Notes under the pieces: generated by a model
The model's input: the letters and a program-made list of their open reading frames with translations, nothing else
Told to the model about the DNA's origin: nothing
Databases searched by the model: none
Shown: piece by piece, positions 1-9,200 of the stretch
How the letters are laid out: each line of letters opens with the position of its first letter
Position numbering within the stretch: position 1 is the stretch's first letter
Virus record (IMG/VR): IMGVR_UViG_3300017903_000060
Coordinates: 1-25,420 of that record
Strand: one strand, 5' to 3'
From: a virus
Taxonomy: Duplodnaviria; Caudoviricetes
DNA length: 25,420 nt
Translations under genes and position numbers: made by a program

Positions 1-45
1 AAAACTCTTGAAGAATTTGTAGTAGAAGTAGAGGAGATTGATTAA
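1..45 (+). CDS. 3' end of a truncated upstream gene (KTLEEFVVEVEEID*)
   Basis: Open frame from base 1 to TAA 43-45, coupled to the next ATG (TAATG). Confidence 0.6.
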   Translation, partial: KTLEEFVVEVEEID

Positions 46-551
46 TGAATAGATTTATTATAGAAGATACACCAAGTAAAATTGCATCGTCTCTATGTGA
101 CCAACACATAGTCAAGATGCCACTTGAAGAAGCACAGATGTTATGCACTACACTATGGCATCATGCACCTGACTATGCAGAGGAGCATGGCTTATATAAA
201 CCTGTACATCAGAAGCACCCTTGCACACTATGGGCAATGGAGTGTCAGCTTAATTACATATGGGCATTTAGTTTGTATGATGCTATGTTGACTGAGTACA
301 CTAACAGATATAAAAAGATACATGGTGCAGTCAAACACTTCACACCTTTATGGGAAGGTAGAAAGTTTGTACCTGATTGGAAGAACTTTATGACCCCACA
401 CCCACAATGCTTTAGTGGGCATGATGAACTCAAGACAGATGAGAACTTTCCTATTGAAGCATACAGAGCATTTTATAAAGTTGACAAACTTAAATTTGCT
501 AGGTATAAGTATACAGAGAAACCACAATGGCTAGAAGGAGAAGTAGCATGA
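45..551 (+). CDS. Pyrimidine-dimer DNA glycosylase (DenV)-family-like protein
   Basis: CDQHIVKMPLEEAQML and HQKHPCTLW motifs typical of this phage family; GAGGAG RBS upstream. Confidence 0.6.
   Translation: MNRFIIEDTPSKIASSLCDQHIVKMPLEEAQMLCTTLWHHAPDYAEEHGLYKPVHQKHPCTLWAMECQLNYIWAFSLYDAMLTEYTNRYKKIHGAVKHFTPLWEGRKFVPDWKNFMTPHPQCFSGHDELKTDENFPIEAYRAFYKVDKLKFARYKYTEKPQWLEGEVA
481..509 (+). promoter_or_regulatory. Sigma70-type promoter TTGACA-N17-TATAAG
   Basis: Perfect -35 at 481-486, 17-nt spacer, 5/6 -10 at 504-509; lies 39 nt upstream of the ATG at 548. Confidence 0.6.
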
Positions 552-1189
552 AAGTAAAACAGTTAATTAAAATAGCAGAAGCAGTAATTGGTAAACTGCC
601 TGCAGATATGTATGAGTTAGATGATGTAGAGCATTACTCTATACACAGAGATGAGCCTGTACGTATTGCAGACATGGATTTAGTTTACTTGGTTAGGGCA
701 TTTAGGCATCAAGAACGTATGCTCAGAAGACAAGTAGATAATGATGCAGTATCTGAAACAGTATCTAAGTTAGCAAAAGAACGTGATATGTGGAAAGAGA
801 AAGCATTGAACATGGTAGAGAAAGATACATTTGATAGGGTTAAGAATGCTTTAGCTGAAGTGAACAGACAACCAACTGTAAAAGCTGAAGCTTTTGATGT
901 AGCATGGAAAGAATGGGAACATTGGAAAGCAAAAGCAGAAATGTGGAAGAATGAATATGATAAAGCTACATCTAAGAAAGGTTGTAACTATGTATTCAGC
1001 GAGATACCTAACGACACAGAAGGTCAAGAGTTTGTTGACACTATGAAGAAGTATCTTAACAAAGAGTCATACAAGATGCGAGTACGTGGACAACATATTA
1101 AAGAAGAACTCAAAGGAACAGGTGCTACGTATTGGGGTCAAGGCTTGAATGAATCATCACACATGAGAGTTTATGTGGATGTTAAATAA
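548..1189 (+). CDS. Hypothetical phage protein with coiled-coil centre
   Basis: Start moved from 527 to ATG 548 (AAGGAG RBS, ATGA overlap with upstream stop). Confidence 0.8.
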   Translation: MKVKQLIKIAEAVIGKLPADMYELDDVEHYSIHRDEPVRIADMDLVYLVRAFRHQERMLRRQVDNDAVSETVSKLAKERDMWKEKALNMVEKDTFDRVKNALAEVNRQPTVKAEAFDVAWKEWEHWKAKAEMWKNEYDKATSKKGCNYVFSEIPNDTEGQEFVDTMKKYLNKESYKMRVRGQHIKEELKGTGATYWGQGLNESSHMRVYVDVK

Positions 1190-1292
1190 GTTATTGTTTT
1201 TAATAGGTATTTTTATGATAGGCATAATTGGGTTGTACATATTTTACATCATGGGTATGGCTATCACTAATACTTTTTGTGATTGTTTATAA
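1179..1292 (+). CDS. Small single-pass membrane protein, 37 aa (MLNKLLFLIGIFMIGIIGLYIFYIMGMAITNTFCDCL); absent from ORF track
   Basis: Fills the gap between neighbouring genes; GAGAG at 1165-1169; long hydrophobic stretch; alternative ATG at 1173. Confidence 0.6.
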   Translation: MLNKLLFLIGIFMIGIIGLYIFYIMGMAITNTFCDCL

Positions 1293-1304
1293 AGGAGAAA
1301 TGAT

Positions 1305-1775
1305 ATGCCTAAATATGATAAAGAAGGTAATATAGAAAAGTGGTGTTGGTATGATATCTTTTGGGATGTTGAGAGAAAAAGGTTCTTTCATCCTAGATGG
1401 TGGGTAAAACACTTAGTTGAACAGTCAGAGTCAGAAGAATGGGAACTACCTTGGTGTATTCAGAGTAGAATCTATTGGTTAGATGATTACTTAGATTGGA
1501 GAAAAACACCTAGAGGTGTGACCTCGACATACATAAAACCTTACAAGAAAAAGTATATTCTTAGAAGAGCTTATGACGTAGAAGATTTTGATGCAGATGG
1601 TGCAGGAGATATATTTTATACTGACTATGATTATAGAGAATTTTATTCTTTGGAAAATATGTTGCAACATTTAAAGAAAAATATTAGGTATGAAAATGAA
1701 ATGAAACCTAAGTTAGATACAGTAGAAGAATTTTGTCAAGAGTTTGGGTTTGAAGTTTATGAAAGGTTATATTAA
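1305..1775 (+). CDS. Hypothetical Trp/Tyr-rich protein
   Basis: 156-aa ORF, AAGGAG RBS, TAATG coupling to the integrase. Confidence 0.8.
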   Translation: MPKYDKEGNIEKWCWYDIFWDVERKRFFHPRWWVKHLVEQSESEEWELPWCIQSRIYWLDDYLDWRKTPRGVTSTYIKPYKKKYILRRAYDVEDFDADGAGDIFYTDYDYREFYSLENMLQHLKKNIRYENEMKPKLDTVEEFCQEFGFEVYERLY

Positions 1776-2668
1776 TGCAACTCTCTAATCTAGTAGATAA
1801 GTATTATTTATCTAATGATTTCAATAGTTTAGTTGATAAAACTAAAGTTGATTATCAGTATTGTGCAAGGGTTTTGTTGGATACAAAAGTTGATGGCAAA
1901 ACTTTGGCAACAATAAGGCTTACGAAAATGTCAGGTGCGATAGCACGCAGAGCATATGAAATATGGCTTGGGCGTGGCGTGTACTTGGCTAACGCTATTA
2001 CATCAGTAGCACGTAAGGTGTACTCGTATGGAATGGAGATGGGGTATGCTGAGAGCAACCCTTTCTCTACTTTCAAACGTAAATCTACCCATGTTAGACG
2101 TACTGTGTGGACACAAGAACAAGTGATACAGTTTTTAGACGTAGCTTATAGTGATTTTAAGTACAGAAATGTAGGTTTGATAGTACAAATGGCATATGAA
2201 TGGTGTCAACGTATAGGAGATATGCGATTATTGCAATTCTCAAGCATAGATTTTGATAAAAGTGTGCTAAATTTGCAACAGTCCAAGAGAAGAAGTGTAG
2301 TACACCTACCAATTTCACTTGACTTATTGGAAATGTTAGTTCAGCAGAAGGAAGAATATGGTTTTCAGCCCTATGTGACCCCACATTATAGACCTGTACG
2401 TGGAGAATATAAGCCTTACACGTTAGTAAGACTGTCAAAAGTGGGTAGAAGACTGATGGATATGGCTAATTTACCTAGTGAACTACGTCTGATGGACTTG
2501 AGAAGGACAGGTACAACAGAAATGGTGGAAGCAGGAGTACCAATGGGTCAGATTATGTCTGTCACAGGTCATGCAAATCCACAGTCAGTTAAACCTTACA
2601 TGAAAAATACGTATGAATCTGCAAATAATGCATTGACACTTCGTAAAACCCATGGTATAAGCAAGTAA
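1775..2668 (+). CDS. int: Tyrosine recombinase/integrase
   Basis: R146 (CQRIGD), K171, M-D-L-R243-R-T, H266 (TGH), Y275; 297 aa. Confidence 0.9.
   Translation: MQLSNLVDKYYLSNDFNSLVDKTKVDYQYCARVLLDTKVDGKTLATIRLTKMSGAIARRAYEIWLGRGVYLANAITSVARKVYSYGMEMGYAESNPFSTFKRKSTHVRRTVWTQEQVIQFLDVAYSDFKYRNVGLIVQMAYEWCQRIGDMRLLQFSSIDFDKSVLNLQQSKRRSVVHLPISLDLLEMLVQQKEEYGFQPYVTPHYRPVRGEYKPYTLVRLSKVGRRLMDMANLPSELRLMDLRRTGTTEMVEAGVPMGQIMSVTGHANPQSVKPYMKNTYESANNALTLRKTHGISK
2633..2661 (+). promoter_or_regulatory. Sigma70-type promoter TTGACA-N17-TATAAG with extended -10 TG
   Basis: -35 at 2633-2638, TGG then TATAAG at 2656-2661; upstream of primase. Confidence 0.65.
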
Positions 2669-2693
2669 ATGCCGACAAGGAAAGTGATATATA

Positions 2694-3470
2694 ATGTATA
2701 ATATAAATGAAATAATAAATGATTTAGATATACCTAATGGTATGACAAAAAGAATTAATTGTCCTGTTTGTAAAGGATACAAAACATTTACTGTAACAAA
2801 CAACAAAGGTAAGATGATTTGGAATTGTTACAAAGCTACGTGTGATACAAAAGGTGGACATAGAATACACCTATCTGTGCAAGACATACGTGATGCTATC
2901 ACACCTGATGTCATAGACACAGACGAAGTTGAGTTTACTTTACCTGACTTCGTTGTAAAACATGGTGATAGAGAAGAGGTCACAGACTTCTGTAAGCTAT
3001 GGAAATTAGATGCAGATGAACTTGACCTTTACTATGATGTTAAAGAGAAACGTGTCGTGTTCCTCGTTAAGGATAACGGAGTTATTGTCGATGCAATTGG
3101 CAGGTCAATAGCTAACAGGTTGCCTAAGTGGAAACGATATGGAAAGAATAGCCTACCTTTCACGCATGGAAGTGGTAAGGTAGCAGTGGTTGTTGAGGAT
3201 TGTGTGAGTGCTTCAGTTGTAGGCAATGATGTATATGTTGGGTTAGCTGTGTTGGGTACGTCATTATCAGAAGCACATAAGAAGTATCTCTCACAGTTCT
3301 CAATAGCAATTATTGCACTAGACCCTGATGCATTGCCCAAAACACTAGCCTTTGCAAAAGAGTTACGAGGATATGTGAACGATATTAGAGTTCTTAGATT
3401 GACAGATGACTTGAAATATCGTAAGCCTATAGACATTGAGAATTTACAACAACTAACCCATCAACAATAG
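2694..3470 (+). CDS. DNA primase (zinc finger + TOPRIM)
   Basis: CPVC...CYKATC zinc ribbon; VVVED, LGT and IALDPDA TOPRIM motifs. Confidence 0.9.
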   Translation: MYNINEIINDLDIPNGMTKRINCPVCKGYKTFTVTNNKGKMIWNCYKATCDTKGGHRIHLSVQDIRDAITPDVIDTDEVEFTLPDFVVKHGDREEVTDFCKLWKLDADELDLYYDVKEKRVVFLVKDNGVIVDAIGRSIANRLPKWKRYGKNSLPFTHGSGKVAVVVEDCVSASVVGNDVYVGLAVLGTSLSEAHKKYLSQFSIAIIALDPDALPKTLAFAKELRGYVNDIRVLRLTDDLKYRKPIDIENLQQLTHQQ

Positions 3471-3484
3471 AAGGAGTAACCAAC

Positions 3485-4708
3485 ATGGAATTATCATTGA
3501 TAAGAAGTTTAATGGACAGGTCATTTTATGATGACCACAGAGGTGCTAAATGTCCTGATAGATTATTTAGTAAAGATGTACGACAGATAAAGAGTGCCAT
3601 AGATAAAGCTATGGATGTGTACGAGAGAACAGTAACACCTGATGAGATTGAAGCATTGTTCATGGCTAACAATCCATCTATGACTACTGCACAGAAGCAA
3701 GCATACTCAAGCTTGTTCAGTAAGATAAAGAAGGAGCAACCACTTGGTAGTGACATTGCACAAGAGGTGCTATCCAAGTTGTTTCAACAAGTTGTTGGCG
3801 AGGACATTGCTAACTTAGGTTTTGATTATGTGAATGGTGCTAAGTCTTCACTAGAACCTTTACGTAATATCCTTGAGCATTATGGAGATGACTTCACACC
3901 TAACTTAAATATTGAGTGGGATGACATTGACTTAGATACTCTACTAGCTAAGAATGATTTAGAAGCTAGGTGGACATTCAACATACCTAGTCTTACACGT
4001 AAGGTAGAAGGTGTGAATGCAGGTCACTTGATTGAGATAGGTGCTAGACCTAATACAGGTAAGACATCTTTCCATGCATCCTTGATTGCTAGTCCAAATG
4101 GTTTTGCTCATCAAGGTGCTAACTGCATTATCCTATGTAACGAGGAAGGCTATCACAGGGTAGGTGCTAGGTACTTGACTGCATCGACAGGTATGGAGAT
4201 GAGAGAGATAAAAGCTAACCCTGCTAAAGCACGTGACTTATATGCACCTGTCAAAGATAGAATCAAGATTAAGGATGCGACAGGTAGAGACATGGCATGG
4301 GTTGAGAGTGTGTGTAAGGCATACAAACCTGATGTGGTACTCTTGGATATGGGAGATAAGTTTGCACGTACAGGTGGCTTTGCTAGGGCTGACGAAGCAT
4401 TAAAAGCAAATGCAGTACATGCTAGACAGATAGCTAAACAACATGAGTGTGCAGTATTCTATATGTCACAGTTGTCTGCTGAAGCTGAAGGTAAAGTTGT
4501 ACTGAACCAAGCTATGATGGAAGGCTCACGTACAGGTAAAGCAGCTGAAGCTGACTTGATGATTCTGATTGCTAAGAACCCACAGGTAGAAGGGCAAGAT
4601 GAAGAAGATACACAGAGACATTTGAATGTTGTTAAAAATAAGTTGACAGGATGGCATGGTAGTGTACACTGTGAATTGAATTACAGAACAGCGAGGTACG
4701 AAGCATGA
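3485..4708 (+). CDS. DnaB/T7 gp4-like SF4 replicative helicase
   Basis: Walker A GARPNTGKT, Walker B VVLLD, MSQL and KNK motifs; AAGGAG RBS. Confidence 0.92.
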   Translation: MELSLIRSLMDRSFYDDHRGAKCPDRLFSKDVRQIKSAIDKAMDVYERTVTPDEIEALFMANNPSMTTAQKQAYSSLFSKIKKEQPLGSDIAQEVLSKLFQQVVGEDIANLGFDYVNGAKSSLEPLRNILEHYGDDFTPNLNIEWDDIDLDTLLAKNDLEARWTFNIPSLTRKVEGVNAGHLIEIGARPNTGKTSFHASLIASPNGFAHQGANCIILCNEEGYHRVGARYLTASTGMEMREIKANPAKARDLYAPVKDRIKIKDATGRDMAWVESVCKAYKPDVVLLDMGDKFARTGGFARADEALKANAVHARQIAKQHECAVFYMSQLSAEAEGKVVLNQAMMEGSRTGKAAEADLMILIAKNPQVEGQDEEDTQRHLNVVKNKLTGWHGSVHCELNYRTARYEA

Positions 4709-6720
4709 AGCTAACATTAGACGTAGAGAATACAGTAACACATAGAGATGGTAAGTTACACCTTGACCCTTTCGAGAAAGACAACAAGCTAGTTATGGTT
4801 GGTTGCCTGACAGATACAGGCAAGGAGTATTTATTCAGAGACAACTATGATGGATTGCAAGAGTTACTGAATGAAGCTACTATTCTTATAGGTCACAATA
4901 TCGTACATGATTTAATGTGGATATGGGAATGTGGATTCAAGTATGATGGTTCTGTATTTGATACTATGCTAGGAGAGTATGTATTACAACGTGGACAGAA
5001 GCAACCACTATCTCTTGAAGCATGTGCAGAAAGATATAACTTATCTACGAAGAAGCAAGATACTTTGAAAGAGTATTTCAAGAAAGGTCTTGGTGTAGAT
5101 GAGATACCTGCTGATGAATTATCAGAGTATCTATCTGCTGACTTACATGCTACACAGGAGTTAAGTAATGAGATATATAAGAAGTTAAATACTGTGGAGT
5201 ATGGTAGTTTAATGAGTACTGTTGCACTAACTAATCAAGTTGCAGTTACTTTAGCTAGAATATATCAGAGAGGTTTTACTGTGGATGTGAATGCTTTAGA
5301 TACTGTGAGAAAAGAGTTTGAAAAGGAAAGAAAAGACTTGAGAGTATCCTTAAATGAGCAAGTAAGTAATCTCATGGGAGATATACGTATCAATCTTAAC
5401 AGTCCTGAACAATTATCTTGGGTTATCTATAGTAGAAAGCCACATGATAAAGCTATGTGGGCAAATAACTTTGAGCCATATATGAGTGACACAGAGTTTC
5501 GTAAAAATATTAAACAACATTCCAAAGTTCTTTACAAACAACTTGCCCATCATTGTGCTGATTGTAAAGGATGGGGAGAAATTAGAAAGGTAAAGAAAGA
5601 TGGAACACCTTATGCAAACCCTACCAAATGTAAGACTTGTAGTGGGGATGGTCTTACTTTTACTGATATTGTGGACAGTATTGCAGGACTAAAGTTTAAT
5701 GCACCTAACCCTAAGTGGATTAGTGCTAATGGATTTTCAACTAGCAAGACACAACTAGAAGTACTAGAAGGTGTAGCAAGACAACGTGGTATGAAAGAAG
5801 CTGAGAAGTTCTTACATGATGTACGTAGATTGAGTGCAGTTGAGACTTACTTATCATCATTTGTTGATGGTATTAATATGTATCTTAAACCTGATGGCAA
5901 GCTTCATGTGAGATTATTACAACACAGAACTGCGACAGGTAGATTTAGTGGTGCAGACCCCAACATGCAGAACATGCCTAGAGGTGGTACGTTTCCTGTG
6001 AAGAAGGTGTTTGTGTCACGTTGGAAAGGTGGCAAGATACTTGAAGCTGACTTTGCACAGTTAGAGTTTAGAGTATCTGCCTATTTATCACAGGATGAGG
6101 TAGCTATAAATGAAGTCACTACTGGATTTGATGTTCACTCGTATACGTCTAAAGTTATTACAGATGCAGGTCAACCTACTACTCGCCAAGATGCGAAGGC
6201 ACATACGTTTGCACCATTATACGGAGCAACAGGATTTGGAAGAACTAAAGCAGAAGCTGAATACTACTCACACTTCACAGAGAAGTATAAAGGAATCAAG
6301 TCATGGCATACCAGATTGGCTAAAGAAGCTGTAAATACAGGTAAGATAAGAACACCATCAGGCAGAGAATTTTCTTTTCCTGATGTGAAGAGAAGAAGGA
6401 ATGGGAGTGTATCACACTTTACACAGATAAAGAATTATCCTGTGCAGTCATTTGCTACTGCTGATATAGTTCCATTAATTCTTCTCAAGATAGATGAGTT
6501 ACTAAAGACTATGCAGAGTTGTGTAGTCAATACTGTACATGATTCTATTGTAATTGACATTCACCCTGATGAGGAAACACAGGTACTAGATATTATAAAA
6601 CTTGTGAACTCACAGATGAATGGATTGATTGAAAAGCATTTTGGTATAGAGTTTAATGTACCATTATTATTAGAAGCAAAAATAGGTAATAATTGGCTTG
6701 ACACTAAAGACGTTAGCTGA
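4705..6720 (+). CDS. polA: Family A DNA polymerase with 3'-5' exonuclease and a DnaJ-type zinc-finger insertion
   Basis: Exo motifs LDVEN, GHNIVHD, YLSAD; TATGRFS; motif A EADFAQLE, motif B AKAHTFAPLYG, motif C VHDS; two CxxCxGxG repeats. Confidence 0.96.
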   Translation: MKLTLDVENTVTHRDGKLHLDPFEKDNKLVMVGCLTDTGKEYLFRDNYDGLQELLNEATILIGHNIVHDLMWIWECGFKYDGSVFDTMLGEYVLQRGQKQPLSLEACAERYNLSTKKQDTLKEYFKKGLGVDEIPADELSEYLSADLHATQELSNEIYKKLNTVEYGSLMSTVALTNQVAVTLARIYQRGFTVDVNALDTVRKEFEKERKDLRVSLNEQVSNLMGDIRINLNSPEQLSWVIYSRKPHDKAMWANNFEPYMSDTEFRKNIKQHSKVLYKQLAHHCADCKGWGEIRKVKKDGTPYANPTKCKTCSGDGLTFTDIVDSIAGLKFNAPNPKWISANGFSTSKTQLEVLEGVARQRGMKEAEKFLHDVRRLSAVETYLSSFVDGINMYLKPDGKLHVRLLQHRTATGRFSGADPNMQNMPRGGTFPVKKVFVSRWKGGKILEADFAQLEFRVSAYLSQDEVAINEVTTGFDVHSYTSKVITDAGQPTTRQDAKAHTFAPLYGATGFGRTKAEAEYYSHFTEKYKGIKSWHTRLAKEAVNTGKIRTPSGREFSFPDVKRRRNGSVSHFTQIKNYPVQSFATADIVPLILLKIDELLKTMQSCVVNTVHDSIVIDIHPDEETQVLDIIKLVNSQMNGLIEKHFGIEFNVPLLLEAKIGNNWLDTKDVS

Positions 6721-6726
6721 TATAAC
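6698..6726 (+). promoter_or_regulatory. Sigma70-type promoter TTGACA-N17-TATAAC with extended -10 TG
   Basis: -35 at 6698-6703, TGA then TATAAC at 6721-6726; precedes a roughly 45-nt intergenic gap and the SSB-like gene. Confidence 0.65.
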
Positions 6727-6765
6727 TATAGGACTTTGACAACTAAAGAGAAAGGAAAAATACAT

Positions 6766-7665
6766 ATGACAAATGAAATAATAACCATCGACAAAGATAA
6801 CTACACTGCTATGGCTAAAGTCATGGGCATGTCAGGTGAGAGCACTTCTGAAAAGAAACAAGTGAGTACTCTTGCAAGACTAAGAATTAACCACACTCCT
6901 ATCATGGGAGAAGAAGAGGTTAAGGGAAAACTAACCAAAGTAGAAGTAGTTGAAGGTGGTACATATAAACTTGAGATACCTGATGGACCTACTTACTTTG
7001 CTACATCAGCTAAGATAAGACCATACATGCAGAGATTCATGTATAAAAGGTTCGTCATGGGCACAGGTGATAAACCTAATCGTTATATCAAGACTATCAT
7101 GGGAGACAATCTCAATATAGACTTGAAAGATAATGATGGTAGTTTCAACTGTGGCAAACCATCAGGTTGGATTAAAGATTTCAAAGCATTACCTGAGAAG
7201 ATGCAGGACTTAATCAGACAGATTAAAAGAGTTCGTGTAGTCTTTGGTACGATTGAGTTAGTTAATCCAACTGATGATGCAGGTAATCCTGTAGAGGTGG
7301 AAACACTACCTTTCATATGGGAAGTAGAGAATAGAGATGCATTCAAAACTGTTGGTGCAGTCTTCTCTCAACTAGCCAAGATGAAAAGATTACCTGTACA
7401 GCATACTATTGTTGCTAATACAGAAGAGAGAAAGCTACCTAATGGTAATAGCTTCTATCTACCTGTTACATCTCTTGATGCTACAACTCAGTTAGAGTTA
7501 ACTGATGCAGAGCAGACAAGGTTTGCTGACTTCGTAGCTTGGGTGCAGAATTATAATGAGTATATATTAAATGCTTGGAGTGAAAATGCAAACAGAGATG
7601 TGAAAGATGAAGACATGTCTACAGTAGAAGACTTTGTTGACATTGATGCAGAAGAAATAGCATAA
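6766..7665 (+). CDS. Probable single-stranded DNA-binding protein
   Basis: Lies between polymerase and exonuclease; beta-rich with acidic C-terminal tail (DEDMSTVEDFVDIDAEEIA); start ATG 6766 after AAAGGA. Confidence 0.6.
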   Translation: MTNEIITIDKDNYTAMAKVMGMSGESTSEKKQVSTLARLRINHTPIMGEEEVKGKLTKVEVVEGGTYKLEIPDGPTYFATSAKIRPYMQRFMYKRFVMGTGDKPNRYIKTIMGDNLNIDLKDNDGSFNCGKPSGWIKDFKALPEKMQDLIRQIKRVRVVFGTIELVNPTDDAGNPVEVETLPFIWEVENRDAFKTVGAVFSQLAKMKRLPVQHTIVANTEERKLPNGNSFYLPVTSLDATTQLELTDAEQTRFADFVAWVQNYNEYILNAWSENANRDVKDEDMSTVEDFVDIDAEEIA

Positions 7666-8537
7666 TGAACCATCCTGCTGAACTCGTAGTGCATCAATAC
7701 ATGTCTGATGCTGTAAATGGTAAGTCTAATATGTCTGAAGAAGTAATTCAACAGGTAGGCAATGACGTTATGGATGCCCTGCGAAAGCAGTTTGGTGGCG
7801 ATAACAATAGGGGTGACTTCACTTTACGTATGTCTAACTTAGGAAGACCCACTTGTCAGTTGTGGTTTGAAAAGAATAAACCTGAAGTTGCTTCAGCTAA
7901 ACCAAATAACTTTATGATGAACATGATGTTAGGAGATATAGTTGAAGCAGTCTTCAAAGGTATTCTTAAAAGTGCAGGTGTCAAGTATGAAGACCCTAAG
8001 ACTGTATCGTTAGATGTAGGAGACACGAAGGTATCAGGCACGTATGACTTAGTTATAGATGATGCAGTTGATGATGTGAAGTCAGCTTCTGCATGGTCAT
8101 ATGATAATAAGTTTGAGTCATTTGAAACCTTAAGTGATGGTGACCCCTTTGGTTATGTTAGTCAGCTAGTTGGTTATGCAAAAGCTGCCAAGAAAAAGAT
8201 TGGTGGTTGGTGGGTAATCAACAAAGCGAATGGTGCATTTAAATATGTGTCAGCACAAAATGCTGATGTTGAAAAAGAAATGCAGAAGATTGAAGCAACA
8301 GTTAAAACTGTACAAGAGAATAAGTTTGAACGATGCTTTGAACCTGTAGAAGAAACATTTAGGGGAAAGCCTACAGGCAATAAGATACTAGGAACTAGTT
8401 GCAGTTTCTGTAACTATAAGTATTCTTGTTGGGAAAACTTGAAGGATTTACCTTCAGTAATGTCTAAGGCACAGTTCCCTAAAGTTGTGTCTTACGTAGA
8501 ACTAAGAAAGGAGTATACAAATGAGCAAGTCAGTTGA
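7665..8537 (+). CDS. PD-(D/E)XK exonuclease, Cas4/AddB-like
   Basis: SGTYDL...DDVKS, QLVGY; C64 plus C246-x2-C249-x5-C255. Confidence 0.8.
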   Translation: MNHPAELVVHQYMSDAVNGKSNMSEEVIQQVGNDVMDALRKQFGGDNNRGDFTLRMSNLGRPTCQLWFEKNKPEVASAKPNNFMMNMMLGDIVEAVFKGILKSAGVKYEDPKTVSLDVGDTKVSGTYDLVIDDAVDDVKSASAWSYDNKFESFETLSDGDPFGYVSQLVGYAKAAKKKIGGWWVINKANGAFKYVSAQNADVEKEMQKIEATVKTVQENKFERCFEPVEETFRGKPTGNKILGTSCSFCNYKYSCWENLKDLPSVMSKAQFPKVVSYVELRKEYTNEQVS

Positions 8538-8742
8538 AGACCTTAAGTCTGAGATAGATGAAATGGAAAAGCAATTAGCTGAAGCTAAGAAAGCATATCG
8601 TGAAATGCGTACAGCAGGTTTGCGTGATGCTATTGAAGCTAGAAAGGCAGCTGATGAAGCAGTAAAAGAAGAACTTAAAAACTTAGGTTATTCTAATACA
8701 TATTCATATAGCAATCCATTTATATCTTGGCGAACATTTTAA
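8521..8742 (+). CDS. Small coiled-coil hypothetical protein
   Basis: 73 aa, AAGGAG RBS, heptad-like pattern. Confidence 0.8.
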   Translation: MSKSVEDLKSEIDEMEKQLAEAKKAYREMRTAGLRDAIEARKAADEAVKEELKNLGYSNTYSYSNPFISWRTF

Positions 8743-9197
8743 TGTCACCCCATGATGTTCGTAGACTAGCTATAAAACATGGATATAGGAGTGGGTTGGA
8801 ACATGCCCTCTCCTTATATTTAACAAAACACAAACATAAGTATGGGTACGAATCTCTAAAAATAGAGTGGGAAGATTTAACCTATCGTACATATACTCCT
8901 GACTTTATACTAAACAACGGAATTATAATAGAAACTAAGGGAAGATTCTTAGCATCTGATAGACGTAAACACCTGTGTATAAAGAAACAACACCCTAATC
9001 TTGATATACGTTTTGTGTTTACAAATAGTAGAAGTAAGTTAAGAAAAGGTGCTAAGTCTACTTATGCAGAATGGTGTATTAAGTATGGCTTTAGATACTA
9101 TGATAGAATCATTCCTGAAGAATGGTTAAAAGAAAAGGGCAAAAACAAACACCCTACCTTTATCAAATTTAAAGGTGCAAAAGTAAAAAGGAGATAG
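8742..9197 (+). CDS. T7 endonuclease I (gp3)-like Holliday junction resolvase
   Basis: YRSGLE, YTPDF, IIETKGRF and DRRKH motifs; start ATG 8742 by TAATG coupling. Confidence 0.9.
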   Translation: MSPHDVRRLAIKHGYRSGLEHALSLYLTKHKHKYGYESLKIEWEDLTYRTYTPDFILNNGIIIETKGRFLASDRRKHLCIKKQHPNLDIRFVFTNSRSKLRKGAKSTYAEWCIKYGFRYYDRIIPEEWLKEKGKNKHPTFIKFKGAKVKRR

Positions 9198-9200
9198 AGG

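Noticed and set aside
1160-1187. ATGTTAAAT resembling the XerD arm of dif
   Set aside because: No XerC arm at the right spacing; lies in coding sequence
2669-2693. Intergenic gap after the integrase as attP
   Set aside because: Only 25 nt, occupied by leader and RBS; no tRNA-like core or inverted arms
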